Assembly: GCA_963741955.1 (NCBI GenBank)
Contig: CAVUKB010000005.1
Coordinates: 288,001-352,000, forward strand
Length of the DNA: 64,000 nt
Direction of reading: 5' to 3'
Origin: an uncultured Acidobacteriota bacterium
GTDB lineage: Bacteria; Acidobacteriota; Thermoanaerobaculia; Gp7-AA8
This document shows positions 9,709 through 20,032 of the stretch, in pieces. The notes below the pieces were generated by a model. The model made no database searches and was not told where the DNA came from. It was given only the letters and a program-made list of their open reading frames with translations. Positions within the stretch are counted from its first letter, which is position 1. Each line of letters begins with the position of its first letter. The position numbers were made by a program, and so were the translations under genes.

Positions 9709-10390
9709 TGTGGGTTGGGCGTCCTCGCCCGATGCAGGGTGGCGTATGTGGGTTGGGCGTCCTCGCCCGATGCAGGGTGGCGTCCCGCGCCGCCCTGTTC
9801 CGTGCAACCTACGACGATCCTCCCGAGAAGAGAGACACGAACTCGCCGCGTCGCGAGAGGAACGATTCCTGCGCCGTTTACACCATCGCTCCCCGGCAGG
9901 ATGCCGGGGAGCCTCGCGCAGGATGCGCGACCCACCGTGCGCGACCCACTTCTGTGGGTTGGGCGTCCTCGCCCGATGCAGGGTGGCGTATGTGGGTTGG
10001 GCGTCCTCGCCCGATGCAGGGTGGCGTCCCGCGCCGCCCTGCTCCGTGCAAGCTACGACGACCCTCCCGAGTATAGAGACACGAACTCGCCGCGTCGCGA
10101 GAGGAACGATTCCTGCGCCGTTGACTCCATCGCTCCCCGGCAGGATGCCGGGGAGCCTCGCGCAGGATGCGCGACCCACTATGCAGGGTGGCGTCCCGCG
10201 CCGCCCTGCTCCGTGCGAGCTACGACGATCCTCCCGAGAAGAGAGACTCGAACGGATCACATCGTGAGGGGAACGATTCGCGTGGCGTTGACACCATCGC
10301 TCCCCGGCAGGATGCCGGGGAGCCTCGCGCGAGACGCGCGACCCACCGTGCGCGACCCACCGTGCGCGACCCACCGTGCGCGACCCACCG
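9709..10390 (-). repeat. Second REP/REPIN-like array, inverted relative to 7408-8138
   Basis: Three units with GCTCCCCGGCAGGATGCCGGGGAGC and CAGGGTGGCGTCCCGCGCCGCCCTG hairpins; stuttered GCGCGACCCACCGT ends. Confidence 0.85.
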
Positions 10391-10505
10391 TCCCCCCTCC
10401 CGCCAATGCCCGTCCGCTCTGCGTCCTCCGTCACAGACGGGCGGCACCCCTCGATGCTACTGATCCTTTGCAGGGTTGGACCATGACCCGGCTCAGGAGA
10501 CATTC

Positions 10506-11249
10506 ATGCATCTCACAGGAAAAGTCGCACTCGTCACCGGTGCCAGCCGAGGAATCGGCGCCGCAACCGCGAAGGCTCTCGCCGCGGAAGGGGTCCACGT
10601 CGCGGTCAACTATCATCACTCCGAAGATGCCGCCGCCGAGGTCGTGCAGAGCATCGTCGCCGCCGGTGGGCGTGCCCTCGCCGTCCAGGCTGACGCCCGC
10701 GACGCCGCCGCCGTCGAGGCGATGGTCGCCACGGTCCGCGACGGGCTCGGACCGATCGACGTCCTGGTCATCAACGCGTCCATCGGCTTCCCCGTCACAC
10801 CTTTCCTCGAATACCGATGGGAAGACTTTCAGGCGAAGCTTCTCGGCGAGATGGGCGCCGCGTTCCACGCGTGCAAAGCCGTGGTGCCGTACATGGCAGC
10901 ACGCGAGAGCGGATCGATCGTCGCGGTCACCAGCGGCCTCGCGCGGCATCCGGGATGGGGCTTCTCGGCGCACACCGCCGCGAAAGCCGCGCTGGAAGGA
11001 TTCGTCCGCGCGCTCAGCTTCGAGCTCGGACCGATCGGCATCCGCGTCAACTCCGTCGCTCCGGGCCTGACCATCACCGACGCGACACAGAACATCCCCG
11101 ACGAGCGGAAGACGGCCGCAGCCGAGCACACCCCGCTCCGGAGAAACGGGTTGCCGGAGGACATCGCCGAAGCCGTGGTCAGCCTCGCGGGATCGAGCTT
11201 CATCAGCGGCGTGACGGTCTCGGTCAACGGCGGGAGCTACGTCTTCTGA
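10506..11249 (+). CDS. Short-chain dehydrogenase/reductase (FabG-like)
   Basis: TGASRGIG and RVNSVAPG motifs; catalytic YxxxK appears as HTAAK; AGGAG SD. Confidence 0.85.
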   Translation: MHLTGKVALVTGASRGIGAATAKALAAEGVHVAVNYHHSEDAAAEVVQSIVAAGGRALAVQADARDAAAVEAMVATVRDGLGPIDVLVINASIGFPVTPFLEYRWEDFQAKLLGEMGAAFHACKAVVPYMAARESGSIVAVTSGLARHPGWGFSAHTAAKAALEGFVRALSFELGPIGIRVNSVAPGLTITDATQNIPDERKTAAAEHTPLRRNGLPEDIAEAVVSLAGSSFISGVTVSVNGGSYVF

Positions 11250-11322
11250 TGATCCGGGAGGAAACGTCGCGGCGCGTGGATCCAAACGCGAACACCGTGG
11301 CCAAGCCGTCACCCGGCTCGAG

Positions 11323-12354
11323 TCACTCCTCGATTTTTCCTCCCATCAGCTTTCCGTCCCACCACACCACGCCTTCACGCGTGAAGGCGAATGCTCGAGG
11401 AGAAATCCCCGTGGCGATCGGAGTCACCGTTCGGCCCACCACCGACCAGAGCGTCCCGCGGAGCGAGTCGTAAGCGAGAACGAGCCTCCCTCTCGACGCG
11501 ACGCGATCCACTGCCGAAGGAAACTCCACCGCAGATCCGTTGAAGAGACCGAGCCCCAGGAGGCCGCGAAGGAAACCGCGGCCGAACGCCGCGCCTGTCG
11601 ATTGCGGTACCTCGATTCTCAGAACGCGTTTCCCGGCCGCATCTGCGATCGAAAGGAGCCGAGCAGTCATGAGCGTTCCCCGAGTGCCGGCGTCGAGGTC
11701 CGCCGGCACACCCGCGACCTTCGACTGGTCCCCTTCGAGAAACGTCTTCAACTCCAGCGACCTGATTCTGCGCTTCGTCGGATAGACGAAATACGCGAAG
11801 TGCTGATCGACCTCGAGGTCCGACGCGAACGGTTCGATCCGCATCGAGCGCTCGACTCGAAGCGGCTTCGTGGAGATCTCCTGAAACAATCCGTCGCCGC
11901 GCGAATAGACGTAGATCTTCCCGTCCATCTTCCGCATCGAATCCGGATAGATCCCGGTCGCGATCGACGCGCGCGCGCCGTCCGCCTCGATGCGCGTGAG
12001 AGTTCCGGCATCGCGGTCGAGAACCATGAGGGCGTCCCCCGACCACTCCGCCGCGACCGGAGACCCGCGACTCGCCAGCGTCGCGGCGTTTCCTCCATCG
12101 AGACCCACCACACGAATCGCGTCGTTCAGCGGATCGAGAACCGCGATCCGTTTCTCTCCGATCGCGATCGCTCCCGGATGCCGCACGCCCTCGACCTGCC
12201 AGAGACGCCGATGCCCCGATCCGTCGTACATCTCGATTACGCCATCGTGCGCGACCACGATTGCACCGGATGGCGCGACCTCGACCACCTGCCCCATGGC
12301 CCCGGAAACAGCGGTAAGTACCACGACGACGAGCCCGATCGCGATTCGCGTCAT
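11323..12354 (-). CDS. Secreted beta-propeller protein (YncE-like)
   Basis: Signal peptide and repeated PxAIA / TGIxP blades; last gene of the VWA-TPR operon. Confidence 0.6.
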   Translation of the reverse strand: MTRIAIGLVVVVLTAVSGAMGQVVEVAPSGAIVVAHDGVIEMYDGSGHRRLWQVEGVRHPGAIAIGEKRIAVLDPLNDAIRVVGLDGGNAATLASRGSPVAAEWSGDALMVLDRDAGTLTRIEADGARASIATGIYPDSMRKMDGKIYVYSRGDGLFQEISTKPLRVERSMRIEPFASDLEVDQHFAYFVYPTKRRIRSLELKTFLEGDQSKVAGVPADLDAGTRGTLMTARLLSIADAAGKRVLRIEVPQSTGAAFGRGFLRGLLGLGLFNGSAVEFPSAVDRVASRGRLVLAYDSLRGTLWSVVGRTVTPIATGISPRAFAFTREGVVWWDGKLMGGKIEE

Positions 12355-13949
12355 GGTTCCCTCCTCAGCGAGATGGCATCGAGGAGAAGCGCGGCGGTTC
12401 CGTTCATCCGCGTGGCGCCGAGAATCCGGAACGTGAACAGAAGTGGCTCTCCCGCGGGAAACGAACCGGTGAACGTGACCGGTCGCGAGAAGCGGAACGG
12501 CATCTCGCCGATCGTCCCGCTCTCGAATGTGGTCCTCACGGCATCGGGTGCCGGAGAGGTTCCGTCGAAGACGGCAGCGGTGGAGAACGACGTCGCGTCG
12601 AGTATCACGCGCTGTGCCGGTGCCAACCGATTCTGCGCCAGAAGACGAACCAGCGCATCGAGCTCCGCCGCAGTAGGAGTCACAGATGCACCTGACACGC
12701 CGTTCGTGAGAAACGCCGGTACATCGGGCCGTGTGGAGAGCGTGGCGTCGATCTCTTTCCTCAATTCAGCGAGATGAACGGAACGGCTCCGAGCACGATC
12801 GAGATCGCCGAGGCCGGCGTCGTTGAGCGCCAGGAGGTACTGAACGACGTCGGCCTCGGGATAGGAGGCAGCGAGCGCTTCGAGCGTTTCCCGAGCGGTA
12901 CGGTAGTCGCCCGCTTCCATCTCCCGGAGGGCCCGCCGTACGGATGCTCCGGAGGAAGATCTCCCCTCCGCCATCTCTGCAGGCTGCTGACCCGACTGGA
13001 GCATCGTCCGATACTCACGGATCGCTTCGAGCGAGAAGGGATTCGCATCGAGAGCAGCGTTGAGCCGGCGTTCCCGTTCGGTCGCATCACGGGTCAGCCG
13101 GGCGAGTGCGGCGAGCGCGATCGCGTCGTCGGTCCGGCCGGCGAGAGCCGTTTCATACATCCGTTTCGCGCCGTCGACATTTCCTCGGGACTCGTACACC
13201 TGCGCGAGCTTCAACTGCGCGCGGTGAAGCAGTGAATTGTAGGCCGCCTCGTCGTCCGCAGTGGTCGAGTAGATCTCGAACGATTCACTCTGCGCGATCT
13301 TCGTCCGGATTTCATCGAACGCGCTCGATTGAAGCGATCGCACGATCTCCGACAGCAGGGACTCCGCTTCGTCCTCCCTCCGCAGATGCGTGAGCGCGAG
13401 GGCGAGAGTGTAGCGGTCGACGTCGAGGTCCAGGAGAGAGGACGGATTCGATTCCCGAGCCGCCGCACTCGCGATCGCGACGGCGTTCCGGGCAGCACTC
13501 GCCGCCTTCTTCCATTCCTCCATCGTTCCGAAAGCGCCGGCGACCACGTTCCAGTTCGTTCCGCGATCGGCTGCGTAGCGCGTCCCTTCTTCCAGGAGAT
13601 CGAAGGCCGCATCGCGGTTGCCGAGCTTCGCCTGCGCTAAACCGGCGTAGATGGTGGCGGTGGCGTAGAGAGAGACGTTCGAGTGGCGGCGCGCGACTTG
13701 CCGCTCCCTTTCCGCGATGCCGAGAACGATCCGCAGTTCTTTCCGGGCGGCTGCGATCTCGTTGCGCGTGGCCCGAGCCGAGGCGAGGTTCAGATGCGCC
13801 TGGAGCTGTGGAAGGAACCCCTGCTGTGACGCGGCGAGTTTCTCCATCCGTGCGATCTCGAAGTCCGTTGCGATGCGTGCGCTCTGTGCGCGAACCGCAA
13901 CCGGGATAAGGAGCGTTGCGAGAGCGAGAACCACGGTCGCGCGTTTCAT
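12351..13949 (-). CDS. Secreted TPR-repeat protein
   Basis: MKRATVVLAL signal peptide; Ala/Leu helical repeats; ATG overlaps the stop of the VWA gene. Confidence 0.7.
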   Translation of the reverse strand: MKRATVVLALATLLIPVAVRAQSARIATDFEIARMEKLAASQQGFLPQLQAHLNLASARATRNEIAAARKELRIVLGIAERERQVARRHSNVSLYATATIYAGLAQAKLGNRDAAFDLLEEGTRYAADRGTNWNVVAGAFGTMEEWKKAASAARNAVAIASAAARESNPSSLLDLDVDRYTLALALTHLRREDEAESLLSEIVRSLQSSAFDEIRTKIAQSESFEIYSTTADDEAAYNSLLHRAQLKLAQVYESRGNVDGAKRMYETALAGRTDDAIALAALARLTRDATERERRLNAALDANPFSLEAIREYRTMLQSGQQPAEMAEGRSSSGASVRRALREMEAGDYRTARETLEALAASYPEADVVQYLLALNDAGLGDLDRARSRSVHLAELRKEIDATLSTRPDVPAFLTNGVSGASVTPTAAELDALVRLLAQNRLAPAQRVILDATSFSTAAVFDGTSPAPDAVRTTFESGTIGEMPFRFSRPVTFTGSFPAGEPLLFTFRILGATRMNGTAALLLDAISLRREP

Positions 13950-15079
13950 GGGGCGAAGTACCCTTTCCTCGACGCGTTGATACGGATACCGCGTCCGCGC
14001 GGACTCACCTCGATCGACCGCCACCCGGGAGGATTGCCGTGACTCTGGTACACCACTGTGTAGCGGGCGTTGATGTCGTCGACGACCGCGGCGAGCGAGT
14101 TGCCGATCGTGGCGCGCGATGCGCGCACCAGCAACCCTCCACTCTTTGCGGTCGCCTTCTCGAGAAAGGGTCCCGGGGATCCCAGGACGATCGCACTGAT
14201 GATCGATCTCGTTCCGCTGACCTTCCGGAGCGCTTCTTCTTCGGTCAGCTCGCTGTTCCTGTCTCGGCCGTCCGTGATCACGATCGTGTACGTGCGCTCC
14301 GCCGGGACGGATCCGGAAGCGGTTGCCGAGGCGACCGCGTCGCGGAGAGAGGTTCCTCCAGAGGGAGCGACCTCGTCACTCCGTTGCGCTGCTCGAGCGC
14401 CTTCGCCGATCGGGCGCGGAGGAGAGACGACGTGGTTGAAGAGGATGAGCGACGCCGAATCGCCGGGGCGAAGGCGGCGGAGGTTCGCGTCGATGGCGCG
14501 GAGCGCGGCATCGAGTCTCCCGTCCCCCATGCTGAGCGAGCGATCGACGACGAATGCGAAGTGCGCCACACCGCGATTCGGAAGGACGCTCCGGATCATT
14601 TGATCGATCCGGTTCTCGCGGAGGCGGAGATCGCCGGCGTGGACCACCCGGGAGGAAGTGATGCGAAGTGAAACTTCGACCAGATCGACGTCGAGGTGCG
14701 CGCCGGCGGTGAGCGCAGCAGTCCGGATCGTCGCGCTGCTCTTCTCACGATAGTGGTCGCTGAAGAGGGTCGCCGAGATGGTGCGGCTGGAGAGCTCGGA
14801 GCCGAAATCGAAGACGATGCGGTACGGCGGATGTCGGACCACTCCGGCGAGAACGCCATCGACGGAAAATTCGACCCGGTCGACGTTCTGCGCGTCGGTG
14901 GTGACCTCGATGGGCTGAGATCCGACCGCCTGCCCTCCTTCGAGCGGATGGACGAACGTCACGGTGGCGGCAGACGCTCCAGGAGCAGCGGAGAGAATCG
15001 CGATTGACGAGAGAATCGCGAACCACCGACCGGCGGCGGATCTCGGAACGAACGCGACGATTCCTGCGATCCGGGCCAT
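13946..15079 (-). CDS. Secreted Ig-like plus VWA domain protein
   Basis: RVEFSVDG..PPY Ig-like domain; MIDAS motifs DRSLSM, GGTSLRDA, ITDGRD; C-terminal ASRKGYFAP. Confidence 0.8.
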   Translation of the reverse strand: MARIAGIVAFVPRSAAGRWFAILSSIAILSAAPGASAATVTFVHPLEGGQAVGSQPIEVTTDAQNVDRVEFSVDGVLAGVVRHPPYRIVFDFGSELSSRTISATLFSDHYREKSSATIRTAALTAGAHLDVDLVEVSLRITSSRVVHAGDLRLRENRIDQMIRSVLPNRGVAHFAFVVDRSLSMGDGRLDAALRAIDANLRRLRPGDSASLILFNHVVSPPRPIGEGARAAQRSDEVAPSGGTSLRDAVASATASGSVPAERTYTIVITDGRDRNSELTEEEALRKVSGTRSIISAIVLGSPGPFLEKATAKSGGLLVRASRATIGNSLAAVVDDINARYTVVYQSHGNPPGWRSIEVSPRGRGIRINASRKGYFAP

Positions 15080-15122
15080 CGCCCTCGGAAACAGAGCCGC
15101 GTGCCGGTGCTATTTCGCGCGA

Positions 15123-15180
15123 CGAGAAGTCTGCGCGGCAGGAACGTTCGTAGCGAGAAAGCGGAGTCGCGAGGTCGAAA
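15123..15180 (+). mobile_element. Degenerate end fragment of the IS1182-associated MITE
   Basis: agtctgcgcggcaggaacgttcgtagcgagaaagcggag closely matches 63661-63700. Confidence 0.55.
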
Positions 15181-15208
15181 ACCGAGAGTTTCTCATCCGA
15201 GCGCCTGG

Positions 15209-15634
15209 TCAACGACTCTGAGCGTGGCGGTACGCTCGGACGAACCGGGCGGCGATCGACTGGGCGCATCGCTCCGCCCCCGCGTCCCACCGGCTCTGAT
15301 CCGTCGTCTTCCAGAGGAGGCGGTTCTTGTTCTGCTTCGTGCGCGTCAACACGTACGCTCTCGCGCCCGTGTCGTGCTGGAAGATGGGGAATGCGCGGAA
15401 CCGTAGAATGAATTCGGCGTCTTCCCTCTCCTCGACGAGTTTGATCTCGGGCGCTGCCACGGAGATCTCGTCGTCGATGAGCTTCTCGAGTGCCTTGTCA
15501 CCCGCATCGACGTACAGCAGCGTGAGCCCCTTCATCTCACGCGCTTTTCCCGTTTCGTCATAGACTCGTTCACGCGAGTACGCCGAGAGCGGGATCATTC
15601 CGAGAACAAGGACCAGAACAGCCAGGCGCTTCAT
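15209..15634 (-). CDS. Hypothetical secreted protein
   Basis: GGAGG SD, MKRLAVLVLVLG signal peptide, protein-like composition. Confidence 0.6.
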   Translation of the reverse strand: MKRLAVLVLVLGMIPLSAYSRERVYDETGKAREMKGLTLLYVDAGDKALEKLIDDEISVAAPEIKLVEEREDAEFILRFRAFPIFQHDTGARAYVLTRTKQNKNRLLWKTTDQSRWDAGAERCAQSIAARFVRAYRHAQSR

Positions 15635-15719
15635 GTTCGAACCTCCGATGCCGGACCCGTGGGCTCCTGGCTTCTCCCTTCAGTATTTCACACTCCGGAA
15701 TTACGCGTGAAGCACAACG

Positions 15720-16841
15720 TCAGGTCCACTCTTCCCGGCCGGTCTTCCCCTTCGCGGTGGTCCCGGGTCCGGGACCGGCAGCATCGGGACGGAGCTCGGT
15801 GAAGCGGGCGTGGTAATCGGCAACCGCAGAACTGAGAGCGTCGAACGTCGGCAGCCGCCGCGTCTTTCCACTCTGCAGCAAGCGGCAGTGCTCGCGGTAC
15901 GCCTCTCCGCGCTCGTGGGCCTCGGCGAGCCGCCTGCCGAAAGCGACGTCCTCCTCTCCCCTCTTCTCGACCGCCGCGGCGAGATCCCTCACCCCTTCGA
16001 CGTACGCGCAGTAGAGCACCACGTCGTTTCCGGCAGCGATCGCCTGGGTGGCGATCTTCGGGTAGGGTCCCAGGTCCGCGACGGCGTGCATTTCCATGTC
16101 GTCGGAGACGGCGATTCCTTCAAAGCCGATCTCTCGGCGAAGAATGTCAGTGCTGATCTTTCGGCTCAAAGTCGCAGGGATCCTGTCGTCGATGCCGAGG
16201 TATGATTGGTGCCCGATCATCACGGCACCGGCCCGCTTTGCGAGAGCGCGGTAGGGGGCCAGGTCTTCAGCAATTCCGGCGAGATCCTCGTCGATGATCG
16301 TCTCGTTGTGGTGCGGGTCGGCTGCACCCGGCCCGAGGCCCGGGTAATGCTTGAGGCACGAGGCGACTCCGGCGCTCTCCTGGCCTCGCATGAATGCACC
16401 CGCGAGCTCGATCACTTCCGCCGCGCTTTTCCCGAAGCAGCGTCGCAGGAGCGACTTCGAAGGCTCGGCGCGCTCCACGTCGACCACCGGAGCGAGGTTC
16501 ACGTCGATCCCGAAGTAATCGAGTGCCTCTCCGACCAGCCTTCCCGCCTCTTCTGCGAGATCCGCTCCGTTCTCCCCGTTGCGGTAATCCTCTGCCGCAG
16601 GGATCCCGGGGATCAGATCCCGAAGACGATCGACCCGGCCTCCCTCCTCATCGATCATGATCAGAGGCGAAGGATCGCAACCATTCTTGATCTCGCCGAC
16701 CAGTTTCCGGAGCTGCTCGGGCGTCCCGACGTTGCGTGCGAAGAGTACGACCGCGTAGGGCCGTACGTCGGAGAGGAGCGAGCGCTCGAGCGCGCTCAGC
16801 TCCGTACCGGCGATTCCGATGCCGAGAACCTGATGTTTCAC
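15720..16841 (-). CDS. nagZ: Beta-N-acetylhexosaminidase (GH3)
   Basis: LFARN, IDEEGGRVDRL, APVVDV, KHYPGLG...DPH, SDDMEM. Confidence 0.88.
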   Translation of the reverse strand: MKHQVLGIGIAGTELSALERSLLSDVRPYAVVLFARNVGTPEQLRKLVGEIKNGCDPSPLIMIDEEGGRVDRLRDLIPGIPAAEDYRNGENGADLAEEAGRLVGEALDYFGIDVNLAPVVDVERAEPSKSLLRRCFGKSAAEVIELAGAFMRGQESAGVASCLKHYPGLGPGAADPHHNETIIDEDLAGIAEDLAPYRALAKRAGAVMIGHQSYLGIDDRIPATLSRKISTDILRREIGFEGIAVSDDMEMHAVADLGPYPKIATQAIAAGNDVVLYCAYVEGVRDLAAAVEKRGEEDVAFGRRLAEAHERGEAYREHCRLLQSGKTRRLPTFDALSSAVADYHARFTELRPDAAGPGPGTTAKGKTGREEWT

Positions 16842-16845
16842 TGCG

Positions 16846-19437
16846 TCACCTCTCGAGTCGTTGTTTGAGCTCCTGGAGCAGCGTGAGGGCCTGGAGCGGC
16901 GTCATCGTTTCGATCTCCATCCCACGGATCTCGCGCGCCACGTCGTGCTCGCGCGACTCGAAAAGCGAGAGCTGTGCGGCAGCGGGCGTTCCGGACGGGC
17001 GGTGGTGCCGCGTCTCTTCAACCACGTCTCGCTCTTTCCGCTCCAGGGTGTCGAGAATCTCCCGCGCCCGTACGACCACTTCCTTCGGGATTCCGGCGAG
17101 CTTCGCGACCTGGATGCCGTAACTCTTGTCTGCCGCCCCGTCGATCACTTTCCTCAGGAAGATGATCTGGTCGTTCCACTCTTTCACCGACACGCTGAGG
17201 TTCGCAACCCGTGCCTTCGTCTTCGCGAGATCGGTCACCTCGTGGTAGTGGGTGGCAAAGAGAGTGATCGCGCTCCGCTCGTCGTGGTCGTGGAGGTATT
17301 CGATGATCGCCCAGGCGAGCGAGAGGCCGTCGAATGTTGCCGTGCCGCGTCCCACTTCGTCGAGGATGATCAGCGAGCTCGCGGTGGCGTTGTTCAGGAT
17401 GTTCGCCGTCTCGTGCATCTCGACCATGAATGTCGACTCGCCGCGTGCGAGATTGTCCGAGGCACCGACGCGGGTGAAGATCCGGTCGAAGACGCCGAGA
17501 CGCGCCGATCTCGCCGGGACGAAACTTCCGATCTGGTTGAGGAGGACGATCAGCGCGACCTGACGGAGGTAAGTCGACTTGCCGCCCATGTTCGGTCCGG
17601 TGATGATCTGGATCCCGTTCTCCTCGCGCACGATGCGTGTATCGTTCGGGATGAAGCGCTGCACCAGGGTCTCGATCACCGGATGACGGCCGTCCTCGAT
17701 GGTGACCTCATGCGCGTCACTCAGTTCCGGACGGACGAAGCGGTTGCGGATCCCGACCACCGCGAGCGAAGCGAGACAGTCGATCTCCGCCGTCGCTCGG
17801 GCCGTGGCGAGGATCTCTCCTCCCTCGAGGCTGATCCTCCCCAGCAGATCTTCATACAGACGGCACTCGATCTGGTTCGCCTTCTCCTCGGCGCCGACGA
17901 TCTTCTCCTCCAGTTCCTTCAGCTCGGGGGTGATGAAGCGCTCCGCATTGACCAGCGTCTGCTTGCGGATGTACTCCGCGGGAACTTTCGAGAGATTCGC
18001 CTTCGACACTTCGATGTAGTAGCCGAAGACGCTGTTGAATCGGATCTTCAGCGAAGGGATGCCGGTCCGCGTCCGCTCGTCCGCTTCGATGCGGAGAAGG
18101 ATCGACTTCGAGTCGTGCGCGATGGCGCGGAGCTGGTCGAGCTCCTCGTCGATACCTTTCCGGATCACTCCACCATCTCGCGGGGTGACGGAGGGCTCGT
18201 CGTCGAGCGTCGCGTCGATATCCGCAGAGCACGCTGCGACCGGGTCGAGACGGTCGTGGATCGATCTGAGTAGCGGGCCGGCGAACGATCCACTCTCCTT
18301 CCGAAGATCGGCGATGGCGCGGAGCGACGATGCGAGCGTGAGGCACTCGCGAGGCGAGGCGGTGCGAAGGGTCACCCGGGAGGTGAGCCGCTCGAGATCG
18401 GCGATGGAACCGAGAATCGACGTCACGAGGTCGAGCGCGGAACGGTTGCGCGTCAGCTCGTCGACCGCGTCGTGGCGGGCGAAGATCGCGTCGCGCTCAC
18501 GGAGCGGACGGCCGATCCAGGTGCGAAGCGCGCGGCCGCCCATCCCGGTCCTGGTGAGGTTGACGATGTCCCAGAGAGTCGCCTTCGCACCGCCCTCGCG
18601 CGATTCGAAGATCTCCAGGTTCTGCATCGTCGATCCATCGACGAGCATGTAAGGGGCGCTGTTGTCCACCCGGATGGCCCGGATGTGGAGGAGATCCTTT
18701 TTGTGGTTGACCGCGGCGTAGCGGAGCGCGGCTCCCGCGGCGGCGACGCGCTCGTCCGCCCGCTCGAGACCGAACCCGCGCAGCGAGTCGGTGCCGAAGT
18801 GACGCGTCAGATAGTCGTGCGAATGCCCGGGATCGAAGGACGACTCCTCGACCGGGGTCATCGCGAGTCCACGCGTGGCCAGCGATCCGGCCAGGCCATT
18901 GAGTCCCGTCTTCGGGTAGATCGCCTCCTTCGGCGCGAATCGGACCACGTCGTCGATCAGAGCGGGGTCGTTCTCCCCTTCGTACGAAGTGACCACGAGC
19001 TCGCCGGTGGAGACGTCGAGCCATGCGGCTCCGAGGCTTTTCTCCCCCGGTGCGAGCCCGAGAAGGTAGTTGCTCTCGCGGTCGAGAATGGAGCCGTCGA
19101 TCGCCGTCCCGGGAGTGACGATGCGGACGATCTCGCGCTGGACGAGCCCTTTGGCCGCCTTAGGATCTTCGACCTGGTCGCAGATCGCGACGCGGAAGCC
19201 GCGGCGGATCAGCCGCGCGATGTGCTGTTCCGCGGCGTGGTACGGCACCCCGCACATCGGCGCTTCATTCTCCCCTCCCTTTCCGCGGGCGGTGAGAACG
19301 AGGTCGAGGATCGGAGCGGCGGTCTCGGCGTCCTCGAAGAACATCTCGTAGAAGTCTCCGAGGCGGTAGAAGAGGATGGCGTCGGGAACCTGCCTCTTGA
19401 TCTCGAAGTACTGCTCGAGCATCGGGGTGAGTTTCAT
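16846..19437 (-). CDS. mutS: DNA mismatch repair protein MutS
   Basis: TPMLEQY, RLGDFYEMF, TGPNMGGKSTY, STFMVEM, DEVGRGTATFDG, SYGIQVA; start placed at MKLTPML. Confidence 0.97.
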   Translation of the reverse strand: MKLTPMLEQYFEIKRQVPDAILFYRLGDFYEMFFEDAETAAPILDLVLTARGKGGENEAPMCGVPYHAAEQHIARLIRRGFRVAICDQVEDPKAAKGLVQREIVRIVTPGTAIDGSILDRESNYLLGLAPGEKSLGAAWLDVSTGELVVTSYEGENDPALIDDVVRFAPKEAIYPKTGLNGLAGSLATRGLAMTPVEESSFDPGHSHDYLTRHFGTDSLRGFGLERADERVAAAGAALRYAAVNHKKDLLHIRAIRVDNSAPYMLVDGSTMQNLEIFESREGGAKATLWDIVNLTRTGMGGRALRTWIGRPLRERDAIFARHDAVDELTRNRSALDLVTSILGSIADLERLTSRVTLRTASPRECLTLASSLRAIADLRKESGSFAGPLLRSIHDRLDPVAACSADIDATLDDEPSVTPRDGGVIRKGIDEELDQLRAIAHDSKSILLRIEADERTRTGIPSLKIRFNSVFGYYIEVSKANLSKVPAEYIRKQTLVNAERFITPELKELEEKIVGAEEKANQIECRLYEDLLGRISLEGGEILATARATAEIDCLASLAVVGIRNRFVRPELSDAHEVTIEDGRHPVIETLVQRFIPNDTRIVREENGIQIITGPNMGGKSTYLRQVALIVLLNQIGSFVPARSARLGVFDRIFTRVGASDNLARGESTFMVEMHETANILNNATASSLIILDEVGRGTATFDGLSLAWAIIEYLHDHDERSAITLFATHYHEVTDLAKTKARVANLSVSVKEWNDQIIFLRKVIDGAADKSYGIQVAKLAGIPKEVVVRAREILDTLERKERDVVEETRHHRPSGTPAAAQLSLFESREHDVAREIRGMEIETMTPLQALTLLQELKQRLER

Positions 19438-19528
19438 CGGAGGTAGTTTAGTGATTCGGACTTCGCTTGTCTTTCGCTCGGTGCCGGTTCCGGCCATAGC
19501 CGCGGAGCGGACCGCGGGACGGATCGCT

Positions 19529-19915
19529 TCAAGGGACGGAGGGGACGGCGGCTGAATCGGGGCTGACCCCGGCCGGGCGACGGATGTCGAGCTTCGCACC
19601 GCTCTGCCCGTCGAGCTCGACGACCACCGCTCTCCGGAGCGCACTTCGCTCAGGTATGTCACAGAGGATCACCCAGCGTCCGTTCGGATCTCCCGGGCCG
19701 CGGTCGTACGCGGAGTGGACCACGTCGAAGCGCGCAAACGCCGCCGGATCGGTCGCGCGCAGCACAGACAGCGAGTGGACCCGCGCGACCTCGTCGCGCA
19801 GATGATCGGAAGGACGGGCCGGATCGCCCGTTCCCTGGAGGAGAACGAAGAGCGCCGCACAGACGACGATCCATGCGGGATAGACGATCCAGTAGTGACG
19901 GCGGACGAAGCTCAC
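19529..19915 (-). CDS. Hypothetical membrane-anchored protein (start uncertain)
   Basis: 3' part of the long 19529-21778 frame; TM segment YWIVYPAWIVVCAALFVLL followed by a plausible soluble domain. Confidence 0.45.
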   Translation of the reverse strand: MSFVRRHYWIVYPAWIVVCAALFVLLQGTGDPARPSDHLRDEVARVHSLSVLRATDPAAFARFDVVHSAYDRGPGDPNGRWVILCDIPERSALRRAVVVELDGQSGAKLDIRRPAGVSPDSAAVPSVP

Positions 19916-20032
19916 GATCTGTCGAATCGGAAAACGGACCCGAAAATTGCATTCCGCCGCCGCTCGAGCAGCGGAGGCTCCCGATCCGAACCACCGGCCC
20001 GGTTCGCGGGAGGCGGCCCTATAATAGTTGCA

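Noticed and set aside
19438-19662. N-terminal extension of MutS in the 938-aa ORF call
   Set aside because: It overlaps another plausible gene, the MutS motif begins at TPMLEQY, and a -10-like hexamer sits 7 nt before ATG 19437.
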